Part shown: positions 11,205-19,785 of the stretch, one piece after another
Position numbering within the stretch: the stretch's first letter is position 1
How the letters are laid out: each line of letters opens with the position of its first letter
NCBI GenBank assembly: GCA_963745025.1
Contig: CAVUWD010000012.1
Coordinates: 1 to 64,000 of the forward strand
Direction: 5' to 3'
DNA from: an uncultured delta proteobacterium
GTDB lineage: Bacteria; Desulfobacterota; Binatia; JACPRU01
Length of the DNA stretch: 64,000 bases
Program-made: the position numbers and the translations under genes
Notes under the pieces: generated by a model
Told to the model about the DNA's origin: nothing
Seen by the model: the letters and a program-made list of their open reading frames with translations, nothing else
Databases searched by the model: none

Positions 11205-11992
11205 TGGCCGAGTCGTCCGTCGTCGTCCGCACGGAGTCGAGGGGCACGGCCCGTTGGATCATCCTCGATCGGCCGGAGATCCGGAACGCCCTGTCCGCCG
11301 AGCTCGTTCGGCAAGCGCGCGAGGCGCTCCACAACGCGGTGGGCGACCCCGCGATCCGCTCGGTCGTGGTGACCGGCGCCGGCAAGGCCTTTTCCGCCGG
11401 TGCCGACCTCAACGAGATGAAGGCGTCGCGGAGCGCGACCTACCAGGAGAACGTCGAGAACGCGCTCCAAACCTCGAGCCTCTTCTACGAGATCGCCGCG
11501 GCACCAAAGCCGGTGATCGCGCGCATCCACGGGCCAGCGATGGCGGGCGCGCTCGGCATCATCTCCGCCTGTGACCTCACCGTCGCGGCCAGCGGCATCT
11601 CCTTCGCGTTCACGGAAGCGCGGCTCGGCATCGCTCCGGCGATGATCTCTCCGTTCGTGATCCGACGCGTCGGCGCGGCTCGCGCGCAGCGCCTGTTCCT
11701 CACTGGCGAGACTTTCAGCGCCGAAGACGCGGAGCGGTTCGGTCTCATCGATCGCGTGGTCGCACCCGAGAGGCTCGACGAGACCGTCGAATCCATCTGT
11801 TCCGAGCTCGAGCGCTGCGCCCCGGGCGCGCTCGCTGCGGTCAAGGAGATCGTCGCCACCGTGCTCTCCGGCGCGCCGGAGTCGAACCGGCGCTACACCG
11901 CCGAGATGCTGGCGAAGATGCGCGCTGGCGAAGAGGGACAGGAAGGGATGGCGGCATTCTTCGAGAAGCGGCCGCCGCGCTGGGCGCGGTAG
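11204..11992 (+). CDS. Enoyl-CoA hydratase (methylglutaconyl-CoA / isohexenylglutaconyl-CoA hydratase-like)
   Basis: LDRPEIRNAL, FSAGADL, EARLGIAPAMISPFV and EGQEGMAAFFEKR; translationally coupled to atuA. Confidence 0.88.
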   Translation: MAESSVVVRTESRGTARWIILDRPEIRNALSAELVRQAREALHNAVGDPAIRSVVVTGAGKAFSAGADLNEMKASRSATYQENVENALQTSSLFYEIAAAPKPVIARIHGPAMAGALGIISACDLTVAASGISFAFTEARLGIAPAMISPFVIRRVGAARAQRLFLTGETFSAEDAERFGLIDRVVAPERLDETVESICSELERCAPGALAAVKEIVATVLSGAPESNRRYTAEMLAKMRAGEEGQEGMAAFFEKRPPRWAR

Positions 11993-12093
11993 TCGCCGGC
12001 GGGCAGAGGTCGTCGCGCTTCATCATGACTTCGCTCGCGGGGCAGAGCTCGGCGACGTCCGCAGCCAGAGGAAGCCGTTTCCCCAGGCGACGG

Positions 12094-12492
12094 TCAATCG
12101 AGAGAACGGCGCTCGTGCTTCCGCTCGGCGCGGGCGCGTTTGTCGCGCAAGCGCCGTTCGACCGCGCCACGGCGCGGCCGGGTCTTCTTTCGCGGCGTAG
12201 GAGCGATGGCCACCTCGGCGAGCATGCGCTGCAGGCGTTCGAGACAATCGTGGCGGTTGCGCTCCCGGTCACGATGCCGGTCGCAGGCGATCACGATCTC
12301 GCCGGCGGCCGTGATGCGCGAGCCGAAGCGCTCGAAAAAACGGCGGCGCACGTCCGTCGGGAGGCTCGGGCTCGACGCCGCGTCCCAACGGAGCACCGCC
12401 TTGCTCGCCACCTTGTTGACGTTCTGCCCGCCCGGCCCCGAGCTGCGGACGAATCGAAAGGCGATCTCTCGGTCGGGGATGCGGATGCGCAC
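12094..12492 (-). CDS. arfB: Alternative ribosome rescue peptidyl-tRNA hydrolase
   Basis: RSSGPGGQNVNKV with the GGQ motif and a basic tail (RKKTRP...RRLRDK). The start is uncertain (GTG 12492). Confidence 0.9.
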   Translation of the reverse strand: MRIRIPDREIAFRFVRSSGPGGQNVNKVASKAVLRWDAASSPSLPTDVRRRFFERFGSRITAAGEIVIACDRHRDRERNRHDCLERLQRMLAEVAIAPTPRKKTRPRRGAVERRLRDKRARAERKHERRSLD

Positions 12493-12592
12493 GGCTCTCA
12501 GCGATCGGCCATGACCTCTCGGCGATCGGCAAAGGCACCGCGAAGGCTCTTGCCGAAAGCTGAGAGCCCGATGGTCGATCGCTTGTAGCCGT

Positions 12593-13018
12593 TCAGTGGG
12601 CCGCGGTCGACTGAAGCCACGCGGATCCGGACTCGTTCGGGCACGAGCCGAGATCCGCATCCCCGACGGAGTCTGACAGCGAGGCGGGCTCGAGCTTCTC
12701 AGGACCGGCGTGCTGCAGGACCTCTAGCTCACGCAGGGCAATCGGCGGATCGAAGCGGAAGCGCGCGGTCGTGCCGCTGCTGCCGCCGTCGACGTGAAAC
12801 GAGCCGCGCACCCGGACCGCTGCGGCACCGAAGACGGCCGAGATCTCGGCGGGACAACACGTGAGGGTTCCCGAGCGGAAGATGCTCGGGCAGAACGAGA
12901 GACGCAGCTCGGCTTCGACCGGTGACAGCGCCGTCAGCCGCGCCCGGTAACGGCTAGCCAGACGAGCCGGGACTAGGAAGTCGACGACGAGGCCGGCAGC
13001 GAAGCCGTTGCGCTTCAT
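12593..13018 (-). CDS. Hypothetical protein (141 aa)
   Basis: Open frame from ATG 13018 with a sigma-54-like motif immediately upstream; no recognised family. Confidence 0.4.
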   Translation of the reverse strand: MKRNGFAAGLVVDFLVPARLASRYRARLTALSPVEAELRLSFCPSIFRSGTLTCCPAEISAVFGAAAVRVRGSFHVDGGSSGTTARFRFDPPIALRELEVLQHAGPEKLEPASLSDSVGDADLGSCPNESGSAWLQSTAAH

Positions 13019-13031
13019 AATCGATCGGGCA

Positions 13032-13047
13032 AGCAAGTGCCATGCCC
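13032..13047 (-). promoter_or_regulatory. Sigma-54-type -24/-12 motif
   Basis: Minus strand GGGCATGGCACTTGCT = GG-N10-GC ending in TTGCT. Confidence 0.55.
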
Positions 13048-13209
13048 GTGCTTCGAAGCGCCCTATTACAAGGTAAATCTCAGATAATCTGCGTGGATTT
13101 CCGGATGGTAATACATCGATCATCGTCAAAAAAGGAACGCCCACGCAAAATCTGTAATGGTCTGTGTATGGAGTCCATCGCCCGGGTATTGTAACAACGC
13201 GGAGCCGCC

Positions 13210-14817
13210 ATGGAGAAGATCGTCTCGAACCTGCGTACGGGGTCGGCCGAGTTCGCCGAGAACCGCCGGAAGATGAAGGAAGAGGTCGACAAGCTTCGTG
13301 AGCGCCTCGCCAGGGCGCGCGAGGGCGGACCACCGGAATCGCGGAAGCGTCACATCGAGCGCGGGAAGCTCCTCGTCCACGATCGAATCGAGAAGCTAAT
13401 CGATCCAGGCACACCGTTCCTCGAACTCTCGCCGCTCGCCGCCTTCGACATGTACGGCGACGACGCTCCCTCCTCGGGGCTCGTGACCGGCATCTGCAGG
13501 ATCGAGGGCCGCGAGGCGATCGTCATCGCTAACGACGCCACGGTGAAGGGCGGCACGATGTATCCGATCACCGTGAAGAAGCAGCTGCGCGCGCAGCGCA
13601 TCTCGATGGACAATCGCCTCCCGACCGTCTACCTCGTGGACTCCGGCGGCGCCTTTCTGCCGCTGCAGGCAGAGATCTTCCCCGACGAAACCCACGGGGG
13701 ACAGACATTCTACAACGAGGCGGTGCTGTCCTCGATGGGCGTCCCGCAAGTCGCGGCGGTGATGGGGTCATGCACGGCGGGCGGCGCCTACGTTCCCGCG
13801 ATGTGCGACGAGAACATCATCGTCAAGCAGCTGGGCACGATCTTCCTCGGCGGCCCGCCGCTCGTGAAGGCCGCAACCGGCGAGGTCGTGACGGCCGAGG
13901 AGCTCGGCGGCGGGGACGTGCACACGCGGGTCAGCGGCGTCTCGGACCACCTTGCCGAGAACGACGAGCACGCGCTCGAGATCATTCGCTCGGTCTTTTC
14001 GAATTTGCCGAGGCCGAAGAAGTTTCCCTTCGAGCGGGAGGCCCCCGAGGCGCCCGCGTACGATCCGGAGGAGATCTACGGCCTAGTGCCTTGGGACACG
14101 CGCAAGCCCTACGAGTGTCGCGAGCTGATCGCTCGGCTGGTCGACGGCAGCCGCTTCCACGAGTTCAAGGCGCGCTACGGAACGACGATCGTCACCGGCT
14201 GGGCACGCCTCCATGGCTATACCGTCGGCATTCTCGCCAACAACGGCGTGCTGTTCAGCGAGTGTGCGCTGAAGGCCGCACACTTCATCGAGATCTGCTG
14301 CCAGCGGAAGATCCCGCTCGTGTTTCTGCAGAACATCACGGGCTACATGGTCGGGCGGAAGTACGAGCACCAGGGGATCACCAAGGACGGCGCCAAGATG
14401 GTGCATGCGGTCTCGACCGCGCAGGTACCGAAGTTCACGGTGATCGTCGGCGCCTCGCACGGCGCGGGCAACTACGGCATGTGCGGGCGGGCCTATCGGC
14501 CGCGGCTGCTCTTCATGTGGCCGGGCAGCCGCATCTCGGTGATGGGCGGCGAGCAAGCCGCCCACACGCTCGTGCAGGTGAAGCAGGAGCAGCTCGGCAA
14601 GCAGGGAAAGACCCTCGCCAAGGAAGAGGCCAACGCCATCATGGCCCCGGTTCTCGAGAAGTACGACTACGAGTCGAGCGCGTACTACTCGACGGCTCGC
14701 ATCTGGGACGACGGCATCCTCGACCCGCTCGAGACGCGCGACGTGCTCGGGTTGGGGATCGAGATGTCGCGAAACGCGCCCGTGCCGGACGCCAAGCACG
14801 GCGTGTTCCGCATGTAG
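13210..14817 (+). CDS. Acyl-CoA carboxylase carboxyltransferase subunit (methylcrotonyl-/geranyl-CoA carboxylase beta, LiuB/AtuC-like)
   Basis: [35 protein letters not shown] and [12 protein letters not shown], ending in GVFRM. Confidence 0.93.
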   Translation: MEKIVSNLRTGSAEFAENRRKMKEEVDKLRERLARAREGGPPESRKRHIERGKLLVHDRIEKLIDPGTPFLELSPLAAFDMYGDDAPSSGLVTGICRIEGREAIVIANDATVKGGTMYPITVKKQLRAQRISMDNRLPTVYLVDSGGAFLPLQAEIFPDETHGGQTFYNEAVLSSMGVPQVAAVMGSCTAGGAYVPAMCDENIIVKQLGTIFLGGPPLVKAATGEVVTAEELGGGDVHTRVSGVSDHLAENDEHALEIIRSVFSNLPRPKKFPFEREAPEAPAYDPEEIYGLVPWDTRKPYECRELIARLVDGSRFHEFKARYGTTIVTGWARLHGYTVGILANNGVLFSECALKAAHFIEICCQRKIPLVFLQNITGYMVGRKYEHQGITKDGAKMVHAVSTAQVPKFTVIVGASHGAGNYGMCGRAYRPRLLFMWPGSRISVMGGEQAAHTLVQVKQEQLGKQGKTLAKEEANAIMAPVLEKYDYESSAYYSTARIWDDGILDPLETRDVLGLGIEMSRNAPVPDAKHGVFRM

Positions 14818-14870
14818 TCCCCTCGGCGCGCTCGCCGCGCCAGCGTTACGTCCGCGGAGGAGAACGGATC

Positions 14871-15419
14871 ATGCCGAGAATCAGCGGAGTCGAGCGCGAG
14901 ACGGTCGAGCCATCGATCGAGAAGGCCTTTCAGGGGCAGGAGAAGAAGTGGGGTGCGGTGCTCGCGCCCTACCCGCTCTATGCGCGGAGACCGACGATTT
15001 TCAGCGCCGTGCAGGGCATGTGGATGGGACTCGTCCGATCCGGCCTCCTCGACCGCGGGCTCGTCTCGCTGCTCAACCGACGAGTGGCTTCGCTCAATGG
15101 CTGCGTTTTTTGACAGGACATCAACGCTGCCGTCGGTAGCGAGCTCGGCGTCCCGGAAGAGAAGATCCTCGCCCTTGCCGATTACGCGACGAGCCCTCTC
15201 TTCAACGAGGCCGAGCGCGTCGCGCTGGAGTACGCGGATTCGATGACGATCACGGGTCGCGAGGTCCCCGACGAGCTTTTCGCGCGCTTGCGGCGCTTCT
15301 ACGACGAAGACGCGGTGGTCGAGTTGACGGCGACGATTGCGTGGGAGAATTCTTCGAGCAAGTTCAACCGCGCGCTGCGCGTTCCCTCGCAGGAGCTCTG
15401 GAGGGGAAGGCGGTCATGA
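14871..15419 (+). CDS. AhpD/carboxymuconolactone decarboxylase-like selenoprotein (CxxU), with in-frame TGA at 15111-15113
   Basis: GGAGGAG RBS. RRVASLNGCVF-TGA-QDINAAVG continues in frame with AhpD-like sequence (FNEAERVALEYAD, VVELTATIAWEN, SKFNRAL) to TGA 15417; 182 codons. Confidence 0.85.
15114..15153 (+). other. Candidate bacterial SECIS element
   Basis: GCUGCC-GUC-GGUAGC hairpin (15126-15140); the loop G follows 18 nt after UGA; possible lower stem GGAC/GUCC. Confidence 0.7.
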
Positions 15420-15524
15420 CCACGGTAAGCGAAGTCGCACTCGACGTTTTTCGCATCGTGACCTACATCCAGCACCCCCGCGTTGGGCCACTGGACGTTC
15501 GTGGCCAGCTCGGCGTTCGCTGAC

Positions 15525-15686
15525 CTATTCCAGCAGATTTTGCGCCAGGCGGCGGCCGAGGAAGAGGCCGCCAGCGGTGCCCAGCACGCTGGCAAAATAG
15601 GCTGTCATCAGGCCAGCGAACATGCCGAGCTTCCAGCCAACCCAGCCGCCGTCAACCGCGAAGACGATCGAGAAGAATCGAATCAT
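15525..15686 (-). CDS. Small Gly-rich membrane protein (53 aa, absent from the ORF track)
   Basis: MIRFFSIVFAVDGGWVGWKLGMFAGLMTAYFASVLGTAGGLFLGRRLAQNLLE; starts 4 nt after the M24 peptidase stop. Confidence 0.65.
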   Translation of the reverse strand: MIRFFSIVFAVDGGWVGWKLGMFAGLMTAYFASVLGTAGGLFLGRRLAQNLLE

Positions 15687-15690
15687 CCGC

Positions 15691-16887
15691 TCAGCCGAGG
15701 ATTCTCACGAGCTCGCGCTGGGGAGGCGTGTAGACCCTCGGACCTTCCTCCTCCAAGACCACGTTGATCTCGGAGCGCACGCCGAATTCGGGAAGATAGA
15801 TCCCCGGCTCGATCGAAAAGCAGAGTCCCGCGACCAGCGCCCGAGTGTCGTGGGTTTCGAGGTCGTCGAGATTTGCGCCGTCCCCATGGTCGGCATGGGC
15901 TCCGATGTTGTGGCCGGTACGGTGCACGAAGAAATCGCCGAAACCGCGGGCGGCGATGAAATCGCGCACGGCGCGGTCGACCATCCAGCCCTCGAGCCGC
16001 TCGCGGACGCCGTACCTCTGACGCACGGTGTCGAGCCCGAGATCCCGAGCGCGCACGACGGTATCGAATACCTCCGCCACCCGTGCCGGCGGGCTCTGGC
16101 CCGCGAAGCCCATCCAGGTGACGTCGGCGAAGACCGCCGCGGGATCGTTCTCCTTCGCCCACAGATCGATCAGCACGAGCGAGCCTTCGGCGCATGGCCG
16201 CGCGACCTCGGCTCGCGGCACGTAGTGCGGATCCCCGGCGTGGGCGTCGACGGCCACGATCGGCGGATGATCGGTGATCAGCCCCGCGCACTCGAACGCC
16301 TCCATGATTCGGTGCTGGACCTCGGTCTCGAGCGCAGGCCGGCCGGCACGGATCCGCTCGGCGACGAAGCGAAACGCATCATCTTTGGCGCGATCGATCG
16401 CGAGCGCCGCCCGGCGATGACTGTCGATCTGATCGGCGGTCAGCCGACAGAGAAAGTGCTGCACGAGATCCGCGGACGAGACGACCTCGGTGCCGAACGA
16501 GCGCACCAGCTCGATCGTGCCGGCGTCCACCCGGGAGAGGTAGGGAATCGCGCCGAGCGCGCAGTACTCCATCGCTACCGATCGGCGCCCGGCGAGGATC
16601 TCGCGCAACCGGTCGTGAAGCTCGTGGTAGCCGGCATAGCGGACCACCCGCCCCGGCCGTCGCGGCAGGCTGCCGGACTCGATCCGGTGAACCAGCAGCA
16701 CCGGCTCGCCCTCGCGCGGGACGAGATAGGCCCAGCGGCGGGTGAGCAGGTGCCCGGCGAGATCGAGAGCGGCGAGCGCGGTCGGGTTCTGCCCGCGGAA
16801 ATCCCACAGAAGCCATCCGTCGAGGCCGTGCTCGGCGAGATGATCCTGGATCTGCCGAATCGGCAGCGCGGGCCGTGGGGTGTTCAT
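15691..16887 (-). CDS. Xaa-Pro aminopeptidase (M24 family)
   Basis: GDPHY, LIDLWAK, ADVTW, HRTGH, SIEPGIY and GVRSEIN metal ligands. Confidence 0.9.
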   Translation of the reverse strand: MNTPRPALPIRQIQDHLAEHGLDGWLLWDFRGQNPTALAALDLAGHLLTRRWAYLVPREGEPVLLVHRIESGSLPRRPGRVVRYAGYHELHDRLREILAGRRSVAMEYCALGAIPYLSRVDAGTIELVRSFGTEVVSSADLVQHFLCRLTADQIDSHRRAALAIDRAKDDAFRFVAERIRAGRPALETEVQHRIMEAFECAGLITDHPPIVAVDAHAGDPHYVPRAEVARPCAEGSLVLIDLWAKENDPAAVFADVTWMGFAGQSPPARVAEVFDTVVRARDLGLDTVRQRYGVRERLEGWMVDRAVRDFIAARGFGDFFVHRTGHNIGAHADHGDGANLDDLETHDTRALVAGLCFSIEPGIYLPEFGVRSEINVVLEEEGPRVYTPPQRELVRILG

Positions 16888-16915
16888 GAATCACGAGGCG
16901 ATCGTGTGTCGTTGG

Positions 16916-17404
16916 TCACCGCTTCACGATGCGACCGGTGCCGAGGTAGACGTACTCGAGCTCGAGCGAGCTGAGCGGCGTGTCGCGTTCCGCGCGCCGC
17001 ACCCATTCGACGCGCGCGACGAACAGCGTGTGGTCGCCCGCCTCGTACTCTGCTTCGACGGCGCAGTCGAAACCGACCATCGCCTCGGCGAGAAGCGGAA
17101 CGCCGCTCGGAGCCTCGACGGTCGCGAACCCTCCGAGGTTGTTCTCCACCCGCGCGGACGGCGAGTAGAAGAAATCCTCCAGCTTGCGGTTTCGGCGGCC
17201 GACGACGTTCAAGGCGAAGCGTTGCGCCGCGCGGATCAGGCCGTTCGAGAGATGGGCGCGGTCCACGGAAGCCAGGATCAACGGCGGCTCTCCGGATACC
17301 TGGGTCACCCATGAAGACGACATTCCGTGTCGGACGTCGCCGTGGCGCACGGTCAGCACGTAGATGCCGGTCGTGATCTCTTTCAGGTCTTGGATCAGTG
17401 CCAT
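16916..17404 (-). CDS. Flavin reductase-like protein
   Basis: TGIYVLT, SWVTQVSGEPPL, FALNV, SGVPLL and AGDHTLFVA. Confidence 0.85.
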   Translation of the reverse strand: MALIQDLKEITTGIYVLTVRHGDVRHGMSSSWVTQVSGEPPLILASVDRAHLSNGLIRAAQRFALNVVGRRNRKLEDFFYSPSARVENNLGGFATVEAPSGVPLLAEAMVGFDCAVEAEYEAGDHTLFVARVEWVRRAERDTPLSSLELEYVYLGTGRIVKR

Positions 17405-17438
17405 TGCATTCGCTCGAAAAAACTCGGAATCTCTCCGC

Positions 17439-18326
17439 GTGGCCGCACCGATAGAATACATCACGCGCATCCGCGAAAACTACGCCCGGCTGGGGTACAA
17501 GCCCTATGCGTGGGTCGACAACACGGCGAGTCCTCCGCCTTGGAAGCCGCTCGAGAAGCCGCTTTCCGAGTGCCGGATCGGGCTCGTGGCGTCGGGCGGA
17601 ATCTACCTCAGCGGGCAGGTCGCGTTTCACTGGCGCGACGATACGACGTTTCGAGAAATCCCGGCGAATGTACGCAGCGAAGATCTCCGGGCGACGCACT
17701 TCGCCTATGACCTGAGCGATGCGCGGCGCGACCCGAACGTCGTTTTCCCGATCGATACGCTGCGGCGACTGGTGGCGGAGGGGCTCGTCGGCGAGCTCGC
17801 CGGGCACGCGTTCACGTTCATGGGCGGAATCTACTCGACACGCAAGGTCACAGAAGAACTGGCGCCGAAGATCACCGAGCGGCTCGTCGCTGAGCGAGTC
17901 GATGCGGCGCTGTTCGTCCCCGTTTGACCGGTCTGCCATCAGTCCGTCGGGCTGATTGCGAGACAGGTCGAGGCTGCGGGCATCTCGACTCTGTGCATGA
18001 CGAGCGCCCTCGACATCACTCGGAGCGTGAATCCGCCGCGCGCCGCCTTTCTCGACTATCCGCTCGGCCACACCACCGGGAAGCCGAGCGATCCCGAGCT
18101 TCAGCGGGCGATCCTCGTCGAAGCGCTCGAGGCCTTCTCGTCTCTCGCCGAGCCGGGCACCGTGAAGCCCCTACCTTTCCGCTGGTCGGACGACGAAGAC
18201 TGGAAGCGAATCGCATTCGCGGGCGGCGACGAGCGCCGGCCGCGTTACGACACGCCGCAATACCAGAACGAGGAAGACCGACGGCGCGCCGAGGATCCCG
18301 CCGCCTGCGCGACCTGCATCACTTGA
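17439..18326 (+). CDS. PrdB/GrdB-like reductase selenoprotein B (UxxC), with in-frame TGA at 17925-17927
   Basis: ORFs 17364..17927 and 17997..18326 share a frame. The join reads VDAALFVPV-U-PVCHQSVGLIARQVEAAGIST. Other family motifs: KPLSECRIGLVASGG, DPNVVFP and PPRAAFLDYPLGH. Confidence 0.88.
17928..17967 (+). other. Candidate bacterial SECIS element
   Basis: AUCAGUCC-GUC-GGGCUGAU hairpin (17938-17956); the loop G follows 18 nt after UGA; lower stem GUCU/AGAC. Confidence 0.72.
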
Positions 18327-19293
18327 CCGGCGCGGGCGGCTGGGAAGGATTGGCGTCGGCGAGCGGATCATCCGCGGGCTCGTCGACGATCGATCCGCCT
18401 TTGTATTCCGTCTTCAGCCACACGTGACCATACTTGTCCCAGGCAGTCACGTGGCCGTCGAGCACGCCGTCGCGGTACGTGCCTTCCTCTTCTTTCTGGC
18501 CGTTGTCGTGCCAGATCGTGTAGTTGCCCTCTGGCTTGCCGTCATGGAAGAGCGCTTGCTCGGCTTGCTGGCCGTTCTCGTGCCAGGCGCGGTACCAGTC
18601 ATCCACCTTGCCGCTGCGGTAGAGAATCTCCGAGCGCTTCTGCCCGTTGCGGTGCCAACTCGTCCATAGCCCTTCGCGTATACCGTTCTTGTACTCGCCC
18701 TGCTGCTCCTTCTGACCGTTGTCGTGCCACATGGTGTAGAGGCGCTCGAGTACGCCGTGGACGTAGTAGCCCTCGACCTCCTTCTGGCCGTTGCCGTGCC
18801 AGCGAATCCACGCGCCTTGCTTGAAGCCGTCCTCGAAGTGGCCCTCCTCCCATTTCTGCCCATTGTCGTGCCACGCGGCGAAGCTTTGTAGCTTGCCATC
18901 CTCGTAGATCGTGATGGCCTCGACCCTGCCGTTCGGATGCCAACGCTTCCACGTACCGTCACGGCGGCCGTTGCGGTACTGGCCGACCTCCTGCTTCGTG
19001 CCGGAATCGTAGAGCTCGACGTATGGGCCGTGTCGGATTGGATCGCCATGCGCGTCTTCGATCTGGCACCACTTCTCGGTGAGCTTCTTGAGGCCGGGGG
19101 TACCCGTCTCCTTCGAGACGACCTGCTTTGTGCCGAACGGGCACGGTGTCGTCACGTACTCGATGACCTCGTGGACGATGCCCGTCTTGCAGGCGGAGAG
19201 AGCCGCGGCGACGAGCGATACGATGATGGCGATGCCTCCGCGCAACGGCCGGACACGTCGACGAGCCGGCTGCCAACGGCTACTCGTGCTCAC
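18319..19293 (-). CDS. MORN-variant repeat (YwqK-like) lipoprotein
   Basis: Lipobox-like LSAC after a hydrophobic stretch; about 8 repeats of WHxNGQKxxEGxY. Confidence 0.82.
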   Translation of the reverse strand: MSTSSRWQPARRRVRPLRGGIAIIVSLVAAALSACKTGIVHEVIEYVTTPCPFGTKQVVSKETGTPGLKKLTEKWCQIEDAHGDPIRHGPYVELYDSGTKQEVGQYRNGRRDGTWKRWHPNGRVEAITIYEDGKLQSFAAWHDNGQKWEEGHFEDGFKQGAWIRWHGNGQKEVEGYYVHGVLERLYTMWHDNGQKEQQGEYKNGIREGLWTSWHRNGQKRSEILYRSGKVDDWYRAWHENGQQAEQALFHDGKPEGNYTIWHDNGQKEEEGTYRDGVLDGHVTAWDKYGHVWLKTEYKGGSIVDEPADDPLADANPSQPPAPVK

Positions 19294-19603
19294 GCCGCAT
19301 TCACCTCGTTCTCGATGCCATCGAAGAACTGCCACCACATTCCGAGCGACGTCCCGACCGCGCGCCGGACCCCGGCCTGGGCCTCCTCGCCCTGCGCATG
19401 CTTGATGACGATGTGATCGCCAACGTCGGAGTGGTCGGCGTCGGCGAAAACCTGGAGGAAGAACTGCTTCGCGAAGGCGCGAAGCCCGGCCTCTGGAACG
19501 AGGCCCTGCTCGATAGGCCGCCAGAAGGGATGGCGCCCGAAGCGGCGCCGCGCGCGAATCTCATGGCTGAGTTCGCCGGCGAACCGTCTCTGAAAAGCGC
19601 CAT
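19290..19603 (-). pseudogene. Internally deleted, frameshifted TenA/PqqC/CADD (heme-oxygenase-like) gene
   Basis: GGAGGAG-ATG 19603 is out of frame with HPFWRPIEQGLVPEAGLRAFAKQFFLQV, which joins directly to ADADHS...SLGMWWQFFDGI. The stop overlaps the next GTG. Confidence 0.6.
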
Positions 19604-19785
19604 CAGCTCCTCCGGATCTGCGAGAAATTAGATCACCTTTCCCTTTCGGTGTGAACGGGGCACGCTCGCGCGTGGTTCAAGGAACCCTGGAACGCCCAGC
19701 CGATGGCTCCGGGCGGTATATCGGGCACCGGTCGTCGCCGATCCACTCGGGCTCGCTTGCCACGAGCACTGACTGCTTCGCTTCC

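Noticed and set aside
18430-19030. Periodic DNA repeats as a possible CRISPR array
   Set aside because: They are degenerate in-frame MORN-type protein repeats, not identical repeats with spacers, and no cas genes are present.
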